A DNA stretch of 29,321 bases from Phycisphaerales bacterium (GTDB taxonomy: Bacteria > Planctomycetota > Phycisphaerae > UBA1845): positions 1 through 29,321 of the forward strand of contig JAUWNF010000001.1 of the NCBI GenBank assembly GCA_030612785.1, in the 5' to 3' direction. The notes under the pieces are model-generated. The model was not told the DNA's origin. It searched no databases and saw only the letters and a list, made by a program, of their open reading frames with translations. Below are positions 1 through 10,627 of the stretch, piece by piece (the first letter of the stretch is position 1; every line of letters begins with the position of its first letter). A program made the position numbers and the translations under genes.

Positions 1-788
<788 letters not shown>

Positions 789-1712
789 CTAATCCTTTCC
801 TTCCTCTGTGAGCCGTGTGGCCTTAGCCCGCGCGGATTCCCCCGCGTGCCCCTGCCTGTCCGGCGTTGAATCAACGGGTAGCGGCACCGCCATGGTAAAC
901 ACCGCCCCGCCGTCCTTACGATTACCCGCCTTGATCCAGCCGCCGTGCGCTTCCAGGATGCGATGCACGATGGCCAGTCCCAGGCCGGTGCCGGTGTCTT
1001 TCGTTGTGAAAAACGGGGTGAACACCTTATCGAGTTGATCCGCCGCGACGCCCAGACCGTCGTCCTCGACAACGATCCGCGCGTGGCGCTTGTCCGCGGT
1101 TCGCCCTCCGTCCGCGATACGCACGTGCCCGTCCCGCCCGACCGCTTCAATCGCGTTGAACACAAGATTGAGCAGCGCCCGTTCGATCTGTGAAGCATCG
1201 CAAAAGAGCACAACCGCGCGCAAGCGATCATCGACCTCGATCTGGGCCGACACCGCGTCGGCCCGCGGCTGCGCTTGCGCGACGACGCGATCAACAATCT
1301 CCCAAAAAGGGACCGGCAGCAGAGTCGGCTCGGCGCCGTGGGCGAACGAGAGCGTATCGTTGACGATGCCCTCCAGGTTGTGGACCCCAGAACCGATACG
1401 CCGCACAAGTTCCAGTTGCTCGGGCTGATCGGTCAGGTCGCTTTCGAGCAGGGAAACGTAGAGTTCAATCCCCGCCAACGGGTTGCGAATTTCGTGGGCG
1501 ACACCCGCCGCCATCTCTCCCAGCGCCGCCAGGCGCTCACGGCGCGCGAGTTCCCTGTTCTTTTCGTCCAGTTGCTCCCGCAGTCGAAACACCTCGAGGC
1601 TCAGCATCTCGTGGGACTGCTTGAGCCGCTCGGTCACCTCGTGATAGGAGCGGATGATGCTCCCCAGGTCCTGGGTTTCGCTCGTAGATGGTGCGGTCGT
1701 TGCGGTGGTCAT
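789..1712 (-). CDS. Cytoplasmic sensor histidine kinase (HisKA + HATPase, FleS/FlgS-like), with a short coiled-coil N-terminus only
   Basis: H-box AAGVAHEIRNPL, N-box LLNLVFNA, G1 DDGLG, F-box FTPFFTTK, G2 GTGLGLA. ATG at 1712 has a GAGGA RBS and overlaps the upstream stop (ATGA). The 1958 start in the track is an over-extension. Confidence 0.92.
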   Translation of the reverse strand: MTTATTAPSTSETQDLGSIIRSYHEVTERLKQSHEMLSLEVFRLREQLDEKNRELARRERLAALGEMAAGVAHEIRNPLAGIELYVSLLESDLTDQPEQLELVRRIGSGVHNLEGIVNDTLSFAHGAEPTLLPVPFWEIVDRVVAQAQPRADAVSAQIEVDDRLRAVVLFCDASQIERALLNLVFNAIEAVGRDGHVRIADGGRTADKRHARIVVEDDGLGVAADQLDKVFTPFFTTKDTGTGLGLAIVHRILEAHGGWIKAGNRKDGGAVFTMAVPLPVDSTPDRQGHAGESARAKATRLTEEGKD

Positions 1713-2230
1713 GATTCCTCTTGCAGACTGTGCGAACGTCTCGCCTGGTCGTTGGATACTTGATAGGCGGTAATCGCCTGGGACCTTGCGTGAACGGCGC
1801 CCAACGCCTTGGCGGTGAACTGTTTCTTCGCGGCAAGCAGGCGGGCATCCGTCTCGTCCTGGTCCATGAGGCGGCACATGCGTTCTTTCGCTTCGTCGAT
1901 CAACTGCTCCGCCTGGTCCTTTTCCGTGGGAGTGAAGAACGCGCGGAACTCGTCCCATCGCTCGCGAACCGGTCGTAGCCTCTCGGAAACCTCCGTCAAC
2001 GCGTCGGTGATTCTCCGGCGGTCGCCCAGCATGGTCAGCAGCGGCTTCACGTCATCTGACTCGATGAGCGCTCGTTGGCCGGTCGCGCATGCCTCCAGCT
2101 TTTCGTAGAGCGTCGCCTGCGCCCGCAGCAAAGAGAGGATGCGCTGAGACGAGTCGACCTCCAGCAAGCCGCGGGCTTTAGTCCGCGCGGCGGCACTTGC
2201 CGTATCCCGGTCTTTTTCGCGATCGTTCAT
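1709..2230 (-). CDS. Helical protein resembling the flagellar export chaperones FlgN/FliT
   Basis: All-helical pattern (LLRAQATLYEKL...QRALIESDDVKPLLTMLGDRRRITDAL...AITAY). ATG at 2230 follows a GAGGA RBS and the gene is coupled to the kinase. The family call rests on recalled resemblance only. Confidence 0.55.
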   Translation of the reverse strand: MNDREKDRDTASAAARTKARGLLEVDSSQRILSLLRAQATLYEKLEACATGQRALIESDDVKPLLTMLGDRRRITDALTEVSERLRPVRERWDEFRAFFTPTEKDQAEQLIDEAKERMCRLMDQDETDARLLAAKKQFTAKALGAVHARSQAITAYQVSNDQARRSHSLQEES

Positions 2231-2252
2231 AGGTATCCTCATGGCCCGGGGG

Positions 2253-4640
2253 TCAAAACAGCTCCGCCTCTAAGAGCCACTTGAAGTAGCGTTTCCAATC
2301 CGCCCGCTTTTCGGGCGAAAGTGACTTCTCGAAAGCTTTGTCCGGAATCCGGTCGGTCAGAATCTCCGCCCGCGCCAACGCCGCCCGCGCCTCGGTGGGT
2401 CGCCCCAAGAACACGTGGCAGTTGATGATCTGGACATAAGCCGCCAAGGCCGTGGGTGAATCCTGGTAGGTCCCCGCCGCCTCCTCGTACAACTTCAGCG
2501 CCTGCTTGTAGGCCTGCATCGCGAAGAGGCAGTCCGCTTCGTAGAGCCTGGCGTGCTTGAGGCGGAGTTGATCAACAGGATCCAAGGCAGCCTCGTCGCT
2601 CACTTGGTACGCGGCGATGAGCGAACGATAGAGCCCGCGGGCGCGAGTCAACCGCGCGGTCGAGTCCGCCCGCATCTGCGCCCGTTGCCCGGAGCAGGCG
2701 GCTTCCTCAAGCTCGCGCTGCAGCGCCAAGGCACTCTGCCGGTTGGAGTCCGCCAACAGATAGCGCACCCGCATCGCCTGCCGCGCATCCAGGGGCCGCT
2801 CGCCGTAACGCCGCAACCATTCCTCGAACACCGCAATGGCGTGTTCGTACCGGCCCGCGCGATTATCCAGGTCCCCCTGAAGAAGCAGAGCGTCCGCGAA
2901 CTCGGGCGCCTCCGGCGTGAACACCTCGGGGTCATCCAACACCAATCCCAGGGTCTTCTCCGCGAGGTCATATCCCGAATCACCCTTGGCCAGATAGCAC
3001 TCCGCCAACGGGATGAGCGCCTTGGCCCCGTCGATGACGTGGGCGAAGCGCGTGGAACACTCTCTAAACGCCTCGATGGCCCCGGAGTAATCCCCTAACT
3101 CCTGTCGGATGCGACCCAAACGATACAACGCCCGCGGCACCAGCGGATCACCCGCCCGCTCGCGCGCGAATTGCCGGTACAGGTTGGCCGCACGCTTCCG
3201 ATCCCCGGCCCGCTCGTACAACTCCGCGGCACGCCAACTCGCCTCGGACATGCGCCGTTCATTGAGCGTGTTGATCCGCGCGATTTCCAGGTAGACCGCC
3301 GCCGCCTCGGTCGACCGCCTCCGCGCGTCGGTCAGCAGCGGTTCTTCCCCGCCCCGCTCCTCCTCGCCAAGGGCGGCAGCCCTTGCGAGAAGATCGTCCG
3401 CTTCCAGACCCAACAGAGAGGCCAGCCGCCCCAGCGCCTGGGTGGCCCGTTCCACCTGCCGGCGATCCACGAGGGTGCTTGACAGTCTGGCGTACTCCAC
3501 GCCCGCCCGGAACTGCCCTTCGACCCGCTGCGCTTCCGCCAGCACGCCCAACGACGCGCGGATGGCATCCAACGTTATGACTGATGAGCTTCCCGCGTGC
3601 TTGAGGTCATCGATCGCCGAACGATAGGCCTCCAGGGCCTCCTCGTGCCGTTGCAATCTCGCGAGCGCCTCCGCCGACCCGACCCGACTCGCCAGCGCGT
3701 ACGGGCTTTCCGGATGTTCGCCGATCACGTCCTTGAAGAAAGACAACGCCTCCAACGGTCGTTGCGGATTCTCGCCACCGAGCACCACCTTGCCCAACAG
3801 CCAGCCACTCATCGCGTGCGCTTCGTCCGCGGCGTCCACCCGGTTGCGGATCGTCCGCAGATATCGTTCCGCCTCGTCAAGGTGCCCCGATTTGTACATC
3901 ACCAGGGCTTCGAGACACGCGAAGCGATCATGGAACTGCGAATCGCCGAAGTGCTCCTTCTCGCGCGCGAGCACGGTAGAGGCCTGGGAGGTTGCGCCGG
4001 CAAGGTCCAAAGCGTTGAGCTTTTCCTCGATCGCCCACAGACGCAGGTCCAACCGGTGATCGTCGATCTTGCTTAGGAACTGATCGAGCAACAGGCTGAA
4101 GGTCTCGGAGGAAACGTGGAGCCTGTCGCGGCGCAACTCGAGCACGTGCTTGCGCAGGTCTTGCTCGCTCTTTACGCCCCCGGCAACCGCCTTCTCATAC
4201 GACTCGACCGCGGCACTGAACCGACGAAGCCACTCCTGCGCCGTCCCGATCCGCTCGAAGTGCTCCGCCGTGCGCTTCACCCGCCGCGCCTGTGCCTGGT
4301 CGTAGTGCCCAACGACCTGATCTCCCGCGTCCGGCGTCTTGACCCGCTTGTCCAAGGAGTGTCCGAACTTTGCCCGCGCCACCCGTAGATGCACCCGCGC
4401 GAGGTCGCGCGGAGTCCGGCCCTCGCTTGCCAGGACCGCCTCGCCGAACTCGATAGCCCGGTCGTACAACCCGCCGGCCACATAGGCGTCCAGGTATTTC
4501 AGCACTTCATCGATCGGGGTTGTCGTTGGCGTGGGGCGGGTGAACAGGAACGAACCGGCCAGCAGAATGACCGAGACGGCCAGCAACGGAATCTGCCACT
4601 TGCCAGCCACCCGTTCTCGGATGTCTATCCACGAAGACAT
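2253..4640 (-). CDS. Large tetratricopeptide-repeat protein with an N-terminal membrane anchor
   Basis: Hydrophobic segment WQIPLLAVSVILLAGSFLF, followed by many TPR-like helices (ALYRLGRIRQELGDYSGAIEAF; ALLLQGDL...YEHAIAVFEEW; ARLYEADCLFAMQAYKQALKLY). Start is 4640 or 4649. Confidence 0.85.
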   Translation of the reverse strand: MSSWIDIRERVAGKWQIPLLAVSVILLAGSFLFTRPTPTTTPIDEVLKYLDAYVAGGLYDRAIEFGEAVLASEGRTPRDLARVHLRVARAKFGHSLDKRVKTPDAGDQVVGHYDQAQARRVKRTAEHFERIGTAQEWLRRFSAAVESYEKAVAGGVKSEQDLRKHVLELRRDRLHVSSETFSLLLDQFLSKIDDHRLDLRLWAIEEKLNALDLAGATSQASTVLAREKEHFGDSQFHDRFACLEALVMYKSGHLDEAERYLRTIRNRVDAADEAHAMSGWLLGKVVLGGENPQRPLEALSFFKDVIGEHPESPYALASRVGSAEALARLQRHEEALEAYRSAIDDLKHAGSSSVITLDAIRASLGVLAEAQRVEGQFRAGVEYARLSSTLVDRRQVERATQALGRLASLLGLEADDLLARAAALGEEERGGEEPLLTDARRRSTEAAAVYLEIARINTLNERRMSEASWRAAELYERAGDRKRAANLYRQFARERAGDPLVPRALYRLGRIRQELGDYSGAIEAFRECSTRFAHVIDGAKALIPLAECYLAKGDSGYDLAEKTLGLVLDDPEVFTPEAPEFADALLLQGDLDNRAGRYEHAIAVFEEWLRRYGERPLDARQAMRVRYLLADSNRQSALALQRELEEAACSGQRAQMRADSTARLTRARGLYRSLIAAYQVSDEAALDPVDQLRLKHARLYEADCLFAMQAYKQALKLYEEAAGTYQDSPTALAAYVQIINCHVFLGRPTEARAALARAEILTDRIPDKAFEKSLSPEKRADWKRYFKWLLEAELF

Positions 4641-5186
4641 AGCGCCCATCCTGAGCCGCCCCGGCGTACCGGGACCTCATGTCGCGCGTCATCCTGACGC
4701 ATTACTCGTCAATGTCGGCAGAATTTGCCGGATGTCTTGACCGCAAGTGGGAGGAATCTCCCAGCAGGGCCGGTGGCCGCAGACCTTGGAACAGGGCAGG
4801 GACGACCCCGATCCCAAGCCGCATCGACGGTGACGAAGGCCCCGCCGCGAGCCGCCACCCCCCGGCAACACTGCGGCGCACATCCCCTCGCACCGTAGAA
4901 ACCCACGGCATGAATCGCCGCCCGCCTTGCAGTCACACCTCCGGCAGGGTTATCAGTGTTGGCGCGCGCCGGCACCATCAGGACGGTTTGCGGCAGACGG
5001 CACGGCTCGGTGGCGCCGAATCCACCCACACTCCCCAACAGGGACACCGCGACGAAGATTGACAATTCCATGCGAACCGCCAACCATTAAGATGACAAGG
5101 CCGTTGCCAAGGCGGGTCCCAGCTTCCCAGGAGACCGCCCGCCGCGGCGCCGGCGGTCTGGTGGAAATGTAGGCAACTGGAAACCA

Positions 5187-6815
5187 GTGATGAATCCCAA
5201 AACTCGCTTTCTACTGTTTGCGGTCACGGCGGCCTGTCTTCCACTCGTGTGGCCGGGCTGCGCGCCTCCACCGCCGCCCGATCCGGTCATCGGCGAGATC
5301 ATCGGCCAGGGCAGCGTTACCATTGAGATCACCGGCATGGTGGCGACACTGACGGCCACACCCGAAGACGGCTGGGTGTTTGAGAGTTTCGAGGGACTCA
5401 ACGACTCGTCGGGGGAAAACCCCCACAACGTCGCCACCGATCGCCTGGGCGACTACGCCGCCGTGTTCGTCGAGTCCCTGGAAGACGCCGACGGCGATGG
5501 CATCCCAGATTCCCGGGACAACTGCCCGGACGTGCCCAACGCCGATCAAGCCGATCTCGATGGGGACGGCCTCGGCGACGCCTGCGATGACGACAATGAC
5601 GGAGACGGAGTCGCTGACGACATCGACAACTGCCCGCTGGTTCCCAACCCCGATCAGACGGACACGGATGGTGACGGCGCGGGCGACGCCTGCGACGATC
5701 CCGACGACAACGACAGTGATGGCGTCCTCAACGACGAGGACAACTGCCCTGATGTCTTCAACCCCGAGCAGGGGGATTTCGATGAGGATGGCCTCGGCGA
5801 CGCCTGCGACGACGACGACGACGGCGACGGCATCCTCGATGACGGGGACGCCTCCGGCATTGCCGGGGACAATCCCTGTGTCGGGCTCGAGATCCAAGAC
5901 TGTGACGACAACTGCCCGCTTCTCGCCAATCCCGATCAGTTCGATCGCAACGAGGACGGCGCGGGGGACGCCTGCTCGACGGTGAAGCGTTATCCCAACG
6001 GGCTGATCTTCTTCATCGACATCGAGACGAACACACTCGAACGAGTCAATTACAGTGGTGGAGACCGCGCAGTAGTCGCGGGGATCACCCCGCCGATCGA
6101 CCCGTCGGGGATGGCCGTCGATCCGATCAACCGCTTCGTCTACTGGGCGGAGGACCAAGGTGGAGGGATGATCCGACGGGCGACGCTGGAGGGAGAAATC
6201 GTGCAGGACCTGTTCGGGCCTCTGACGCACCCGACGGCCGTCGCCCTCGACCTGGTCAACGGAAGGCTCTACTTCACGGATATGTATGACGATTTCATCG
6301 CGGTCCTCGAACTTGACGGATCGGGCCAGACGGGGCTCATCTCCTACGGGCCCGAAGTGGCCGATCCCGTCGGCATCGCGGTCGATCCCGACGGCGGAAA
6401 GATGTACTGGGCGGACTCCCTGCGCGACGCCATCTTTCGTGCCAATGTCGACGGAACCGATGAGGAACTTATTGTCCAATTGACCGACGGCGTACCGATC
6501 CCTTGGGACCTTCAACTCGATCCCACCGCCGGCAAGATCTACTGGATCGATCGCTGGAACAACCGCATCCAAAGGTCCGACCTTGACGGTGGGAACGTGG
6601 AGACGCTAATCCAGGGCAACGACACTTTTGTGGATAGCACGACCCATCAGCCCAGAGGTCTCGCCCTTGATCTGGAAAACGGCAAGATGTATTGGGCCGA
6701 CGAACACCACGACGCCATCCGCCGGGCCAACCTTGACGGCACCGAGATCGAGGACGTACTCACCGAGGGCCTCTCAAACGTCCGCGCCCTGGCGGTGCTA
6801 CCCCCGGAGAACTAA
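5187..6815 (+). CDS. Secreted protein, probably a lipoprotein, with an InlB-B-repeat-like module, thrombospondin type-3 Ca-binding repeats and an LDL-receptor class B (YWTD) beta-propeller
   Basis: Signal peptide ending ...LVWPGC, then a Pro linker. TLTATPEDGWVFESFEG module. Four DxDGDGxxDxxDNCP / DxDGDGxGDAC pairs. Repeats VYWAE, LYFTD, MYWAD, IYWID, MYWAD. Confidence 0.88.
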   Translation: MMNPKTRFLLFAVTAACLPLVWPGCAPPPPPDPVIGEIIGQGSVTIEITGMVATLTATPEDGWVFESFEGLNDSSGENPHNVATDRLGDYAAVFVESLEDADGDGIPDSRDNCPDVPNADQADLDGDGLGDACDDDNDGDGVADDIDNCPLVPNPDQTDTDGDGAGDACDDPDDNDSDGVLNDEDNCPDVFNPEQGDFDEDGLGDACDDDDDGDGILDDGDASGIAGDNPCVGLEIQDCDDNCPLLANPDQFDRNEDGAGDACSTVKRYPNGLIFFIDIETNTLERVNYSGGDRAVVAGITPPIDPSGMAVDPINRFVYWAEDQGGGMIRRATLEGEIVQDLFGPLTHPTAVALDLVNGRLYFTDMYDDFIAVLELDGSGQTGLISYGPEVADPVGIAVDPDGGKMYWADSLRDAIFRANVDGTDEELIVQLTDGVPIPWDLQLDPTAGKIYWIDRWNNRIQRSDLDGGNVETLIQGNDTFVDSTTHQPRGLALDLENGKMYWADEHHDAIRRANLDGTEIEDVLTEGLSNVRALAVLPPEN

Positions 6816-6831
6816 GATACTCTAACAAAGC

Positions 6832-6856
6832 GAGCCGCGGGCTTCAGCCCGCGCGG
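6832..6856 (+). repeat. REP-like palindrome family B (GAGCCGCGGGCTTCAGCCCGCGCGG)
   Basis: Related copies at 810-835, 2166-2190 and, reversed, 19244-19268. Confidence 0.85.
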
Positions 6857-6874
6857 ATACTCCTTCCGATTCGA

Positions 6875-6966
6875 CCGCTGGTGCGAGAATCCCTTCTAGC
6901 ACCGGTCTCCCGCGGGAATCCTTTCCCGCCGAGTCCAGGACCGAGAAAGGATTCTCGGTCCAGCGA
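6875..6966 (+). repeat. 92-bp three-hairpin element (family A), copy 1
   Basis: Aligns end to end with 16793-16884, 20759-20850 and the reverse complement of 26803-26894. Confidence 0.93.
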
Positions 6967-7001
6967 CGGTTCTGTCAGAGCTTCTTACTCACGCACGGTA
7001 T

Positions 7002-9299
7002 TCAGATCAGACGAATCGCGACCTGATAGGTGACAAGCGCCCCGCCATACGCCAGCACTGTCATGTACCCGAAGGCAAACAGAGGCCAGCGCCAACTATT
7101 GGTCTCGCGCTTGATGATCGCCAGGGTCGCTCCGCACTGACAGCACAGCGCGAAGAAAACCATGATCGACAAGGCGACGGCCAGGTTGAAGACCGGCCGG
7201 CCGTCGGGCCAGGTGGACCGCTGCAACGTGGACCGCAGGTCGACGGAGGCTTCATCCTGTTCCTCGCCGAGGTTGTAGATCGTGCCCAGGGAAGCGATGA
7301 CCACCTCGCGCGCGGGCAGTGAGGCGATGACCGCCGTGCCGATGCGCCAATCCCAGCCCAGCGGCTTGACCAGCGGTTCGATCCACCTACCCATCCGCCC
7401 CAGGAGGCTGTGACGCAGGTAGCAGCCGGCCTCCTCTCGATCAATCTCACTTAGCCGCTCTTCCAGTGATTGATCGACGTGCTGCCGGACCTGGACGCGC
7501 TGTACTTCGTGATCCGCGGCGATGGACGCGGGGTGCGGATAGTATCCCATCGCCCAAACCACGAGCGTGACGGCGAAGATAATAGTTCCCGCCTGGATCA
7601 CGAACGCTTTGCCCTGCGCGTACATGCGGTAAAGCACGGTGCCGACGGAGGGCCACTTGTACGTCGGCAGTTCCAAGAGAAAAGGAAATGATTCTCCTTT
7701 GGAGACGGTCTTGCCCAGGATGAACGCCACCGGGATGGCAATAACGACACCGAGCAGATACATCACCAGCAGGGTCACGGCCCGCAACCCGATCAACCCT
7801 CCCAACAGCGAAGTGGCGGGCACGAAAGCGCCGATCATCAGGACGTAAATAGGCAGCCGCGCGCTGCAGGTCATCAAGGGCGCGATCAGAATCGTCACCA
7901 GACGCTGACGCGGGTGCTCGATCGTGCGCGCGGCCATGATTCCCGGGATCGCGCAGGCAAAACACGACAACAGGGGAATAAACGACTTGCCGCTAAGCCC
8001 CAGGCGGCGCATGTGGCGGTCCACCAGAAAGGCCGCCCGCGACATGTACCCGCAATCCTCCAAAATGGCGAGGAAAAGGAACAAAATCAGAATTTGCGGT
8101 AGGAAAACCAGCACCGCGCCGACGCCCGCGAACAGCCCGTTGGCGATCAGACTCCGCAGAGCACCAGGGGGCAGCAAGCCACCCACCCAGTTTCCCAGGC
8201 CCGCGAAGGCGCCGTCGATTAGATCCATCACCGGGCCCGCCCAGGTGAAAACCGCCTGAAACATGACCACCATCAAAACAAGAAAGATCGCTAGGCCGAG
8301 CACGGGATGCGTCAGGTAACGATCAACCGCGTCGGACCTCGTGCGGCGGGGAGGGTGCCGGCGTGTCAGAACGTCGGGAAGGATCAGATCGATCCACGCA
8401 TAGCGGACACGGGCTTCGATTTGCGTGACGTCTTCGCCGGCTTCGCGGATGCGCTCCCGGCGCTCGCCAAGTTCGTCGGCCACACGCCCACCGCGGCAAA
8501 GCACGAGACGCTCCTCGTGGTATCCTCCAGGGTTGAGCAGCGCTTGCAGGAGCTCCACCCTGGTGGTAGGCGCGGCCGCATCACATCCTCGTCCGACCGA
8601 CGCAGCCAAGCCCTCGAGTTCCTCACGGATGCAGGCGGGGAACTCAGCGTAACGATTGGGAGGCGGCGCATCGAGCGATTCGATGATCGCCTCTTTCAAC
8701 GCCGCAATGCCGACTCCCTTAGGCGCGACTACCTCGACGACCGGAACCCCAAGGATGGTTGCCAACTTCTCGACGTCGACTTCCAACCCGGCGGCGCGGG
8801 CCAGATCCACCATGTTGAGCGCGACCACCGCCGGATGGCCGAGTTCAAGAATCTGGCTAACAAGGAACAGGTTGCGTTGCAGATTGGCCGCGTCCACCAC
8901 GCAGACAACGGCGTCCGGCTCGGCGCCACCGCCGGCGCGACCGTTGAGCACATCCAGGACTACACCCTCGTCCGCGGAGCCGGCGGCCAAGCTATAGGTT
9001 CCCGGAAGATCAAGGATTTCGATTCGCGCCGAAGAGCCCCCGGTCTTCAAAAAGCCGGTCTTGCGTTCGACCGTGACCCCGGGGTAGTTGCCCACACGTT
9101 GACGGTAGCCGGTCAGGGAATTGAACAGCGTGGTCTTGCCGGTGTTCGGGTTGCCCACTAGGGCAATGCGCTTTGTGCGTGGAGGGGAATCGATCTGTTC
9201 GCGGAAGGTCACGAGTTGGCTGCGGAACGTGTGGCCCAGCCGCCCTCGGCTGGGTTGCTGCTCAAATACAGCGGAGGGCCGCTGTCCCACATGTGCCAA
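7002..9299 (-). CDS. feoB: Ferrous iron transporter B
   Basis: G1 GNPNTGKTT, G2 VGNYPGVTVE, G3 DLPGTYSL, G4 NMVD, then membrane gate domains (FSCFACAIPG-like SCFACAIPGIMAAR, PLMTCSARLPIY). The start may be the GTG at 9212. Confidence 0.96.
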   Translation of the reverse strand: MAHVGQRPSAVFEQQPSRGRLGHTFRSQLVTFREQIDSPPRTKRIALVGNPNTGKTTLFNSLTGYRQRVGNYPGVTVERKTGFLKTGGSSARIEILDLPGTYSLAAGSADEGVVLDVLNGRAGGGAEPDAVVCVVDAANLQRNLFLVSQILELGHPAVVALNMVDLARAAGLEVDVEKLATILGVPVVEVVAPKGVGIAALKEAIIESLDAPPPNRYAEFPACIREELEGLAASVGRGCDAAAPTTRVELLQALLNPGGYHEERLVLCRGGRVADELGERRERIREAGEDVTQIEARVRYAWIDLILPDVLTRRHPPRRTRSDAVDRYLTHPVLGLAIFLVLMVVMFQAVFTWAGPVMDLIDGAFAGLGNWVGGLLPPGALRSLIANGLFAGVGAVLVFLPQILILFLFLAILEDCGYMSRAAFLVDRHMRRLGLSGKSFIPLLSCFACAIPGIMAARTIEHPRQRLVTILIAPLMTCSARLPIYVLMIGAFVPATSLLGGLIGLRAVTLLVMYLLGVVIAIPVAFILGKTVSKGESFPFLLELPTYKWPSVGTVLYRMYAQGKAFVIQAGTIIFAVTLVVWAMGYYPHPASIAADHEVQRVQVRQHVDQSLEERLSEIDREEAGCYLRHSLLGRMGRWIEPLVKPLGWDWRIGTAVIASLPAREVVIASLGTIYNLGEEQDEASVDLRSTLQRSTWPDGRPVFNLAVALSIMVFFALCCQCGATLAIIKRETNSWRWPLFAFGYMTVLAYGGALVTYQVAIRLI

Positions 9300-9325
9300 C
9301 CCATCGAATTAGCGTTGACGGAGCG

Positions 9326-9550
9326 TTAGTGGAGAGTCAAGTCTATGTTCCGCTGGTGGACGGATCCCAAACCCACGCTCGTCTGATCGATCCTGACGAT
9401 GCAGGGATCGCCGGCGCACACCATCTCCAGGCGCGCACCGCAAACGAAACCAAAGTCCGCCAGGCGTTTCGCGCACGACCCTTCGGCGGAGACGGAAGCA
9501 ATCGCTCCGGTCTGTCCCGATTTCAAAGCGACCAGTTGCACAGCCATCAC
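9326..9550 (-). CDS. feoA: FeoA (SH3-like) ferrous iron transport protein
   Basis: LKSGQTGAIASV...KRLADFGFVCGARLEM...GDPCIVRI, directly upstream of feoB. Confidence 0.88.
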   Translation of the reverse strand: MMAVQLVALKSGQTGAIASVSAEGSCAKRLADFGFVCGARLEMVCAGDPCIVRIDQTSVGLGSVHQRNIDLTLH

Positions 9551-9633
9551 CCTCCACTCAGAATACGGAGACCGCCGCCATTTAGAGCCAAGCGATGCTC
9601 CGCGTCAGCTTGCACCACATCACGTTTCGCCAG

Positions 9634-9717
9634 ATGAGACCGAGTCTCTATCAAACGCATCGGCACACTCCACAACCGACCTTAGACGTCACCTCGCGAA
9701 TTGAGACCGGCTATCAA
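9634..9717. promoter_or_regulatory. Two related imperfect palindromes upstream of feoA, candidate Fur-type operators
   Basis: ATGAGACCGAGTCTCTA (9634-9650) and TTGAGACCGGCTATCAA (9701-9717). The TGAGA-N5-TNTCA shape resembles Fur boxes. Function is inferred from position. Confidence 0.4.
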
Positions 9718-9948
9718 GAGTTATAGCAAACCCGGTGCCTAATGTCACGTCCTCTGCCGTCAAGAGCTATCGGAGCGGATGCAGATGCCTATCAATAACC
9801 TCCAGAGCATACCCGAAGGCGAGCACCAGCGGAAGGGGTGAGAGACAGAAAATGAGACATACTATCAAATGGTCGATGCTTCTGGACCCTTCCGGCCGCA
9901 GAACGCTCACTCAGGAAGCAATGCCAGCATACAGTGCGTCTACCATAC

Positions 9949-10623
9949 CTAAAGCTCAAACCGAACGCAAGCCGCTTCCGATGGAAACCGGTCGGCACGG
10001 ACTTCGGATAGTTCCTCTGGACTCGGCGGTTGCAATTCGCGGCGAAGACGTGTGGCCACGTGCTCCATGTCGCCGCTCGTGATGGCGCCCATGGAGGAGA
10101 CGACGCGAGCGGTGTCACCCGACCACTGACACGCTGTGTCCGGGGCCACTGCCGCCAATGACCCCATAAAACCATGATGGGATCGTCCGCGCCGGTAGGT
10201 CGGTTCGCGCGAGCGGTGCAGGCACGCACCACCGACCTTCCTGTCACCGAGGATCAGATCGCATATCCCTGCCTGCCTAACGCCGGAGACGCCGATGCGC
10301 TCCAAGCCCGCGATCAGCCAACTGGTGAGCATGTCAAAATGTCGACGATGGTGGCCGAACGGAAGCCCGGTCACGACCACGGACACAATCACGTTGCCCG
10401 GATCAAGGACCACGGCGCACCCTCCCCCGCGGCGCCTGAGGATGGGTACGCGGTCAGCATGGCAGGCGTCAAGGTGCAATTCCACGTCCGGTCGACTACC
10501 TGAACCGAGAACCACGACCGTGTCCCTGAGCCGATAGACTCGGACCCTTGCCTGTCCGTCGCGGCGCGCGGCACGGATCAGATCGTCATCGTATGTGTAT
10601 GGTGGAAAGGCGAAGTCAACCAT
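9949..10623 (-). pseudogene. Lipoate-protein ligase A family protein with an apparent in-frame internal deletion
   Basis: VVVLGSG, ILRRRGGGCAVVLDPG and DLILGDRKVGG motifs are present. KVGGACLHRSR runs directly into EPTYRRGRSH, so the intervening strand and helix expected in LplA proteins are missing. Confidence 0.7.
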
Positions 10624-10627
10624 AGCT

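Noticed and set aside
789-1958. 389-aa version of the kinase in the ORF track
   Set aside because: The extension overlaps the upstream gene in another frame. The ATG at 1712 has an RBS and ATGA coupling.
5059-5093. Sigma-70 promoter (TTGACA ... TAAGAT) for the TSP3 gene
   Set aside because: The spacer is 23 bp, and the hexamer at 17 bp spacing is not -10-like.
5094-5110. Sigma-54 promoter TGGCAA-N5-TTGT on the minus strand
   Set aside because: It lacks the near-invariant GC at -12 and lies about 450 bp from the TPR gene.
5480-5970. Repetitive DNA that could be taken for an array
   Set aside because: It is in-frame TSP3 peptide repetition.
5211-6572. 453-aa antisense ORF and similar long antisense or alternate-frame ORFs throughout the window
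   Set aside because: These are shadows of GC-rich real genes, with no motifs.
6875-6966. Family A element as a tRNA or CRISPR repeat
   Set aside because: It has no D or T-loop consensus, and the copies are dispersed rather than arrayed.
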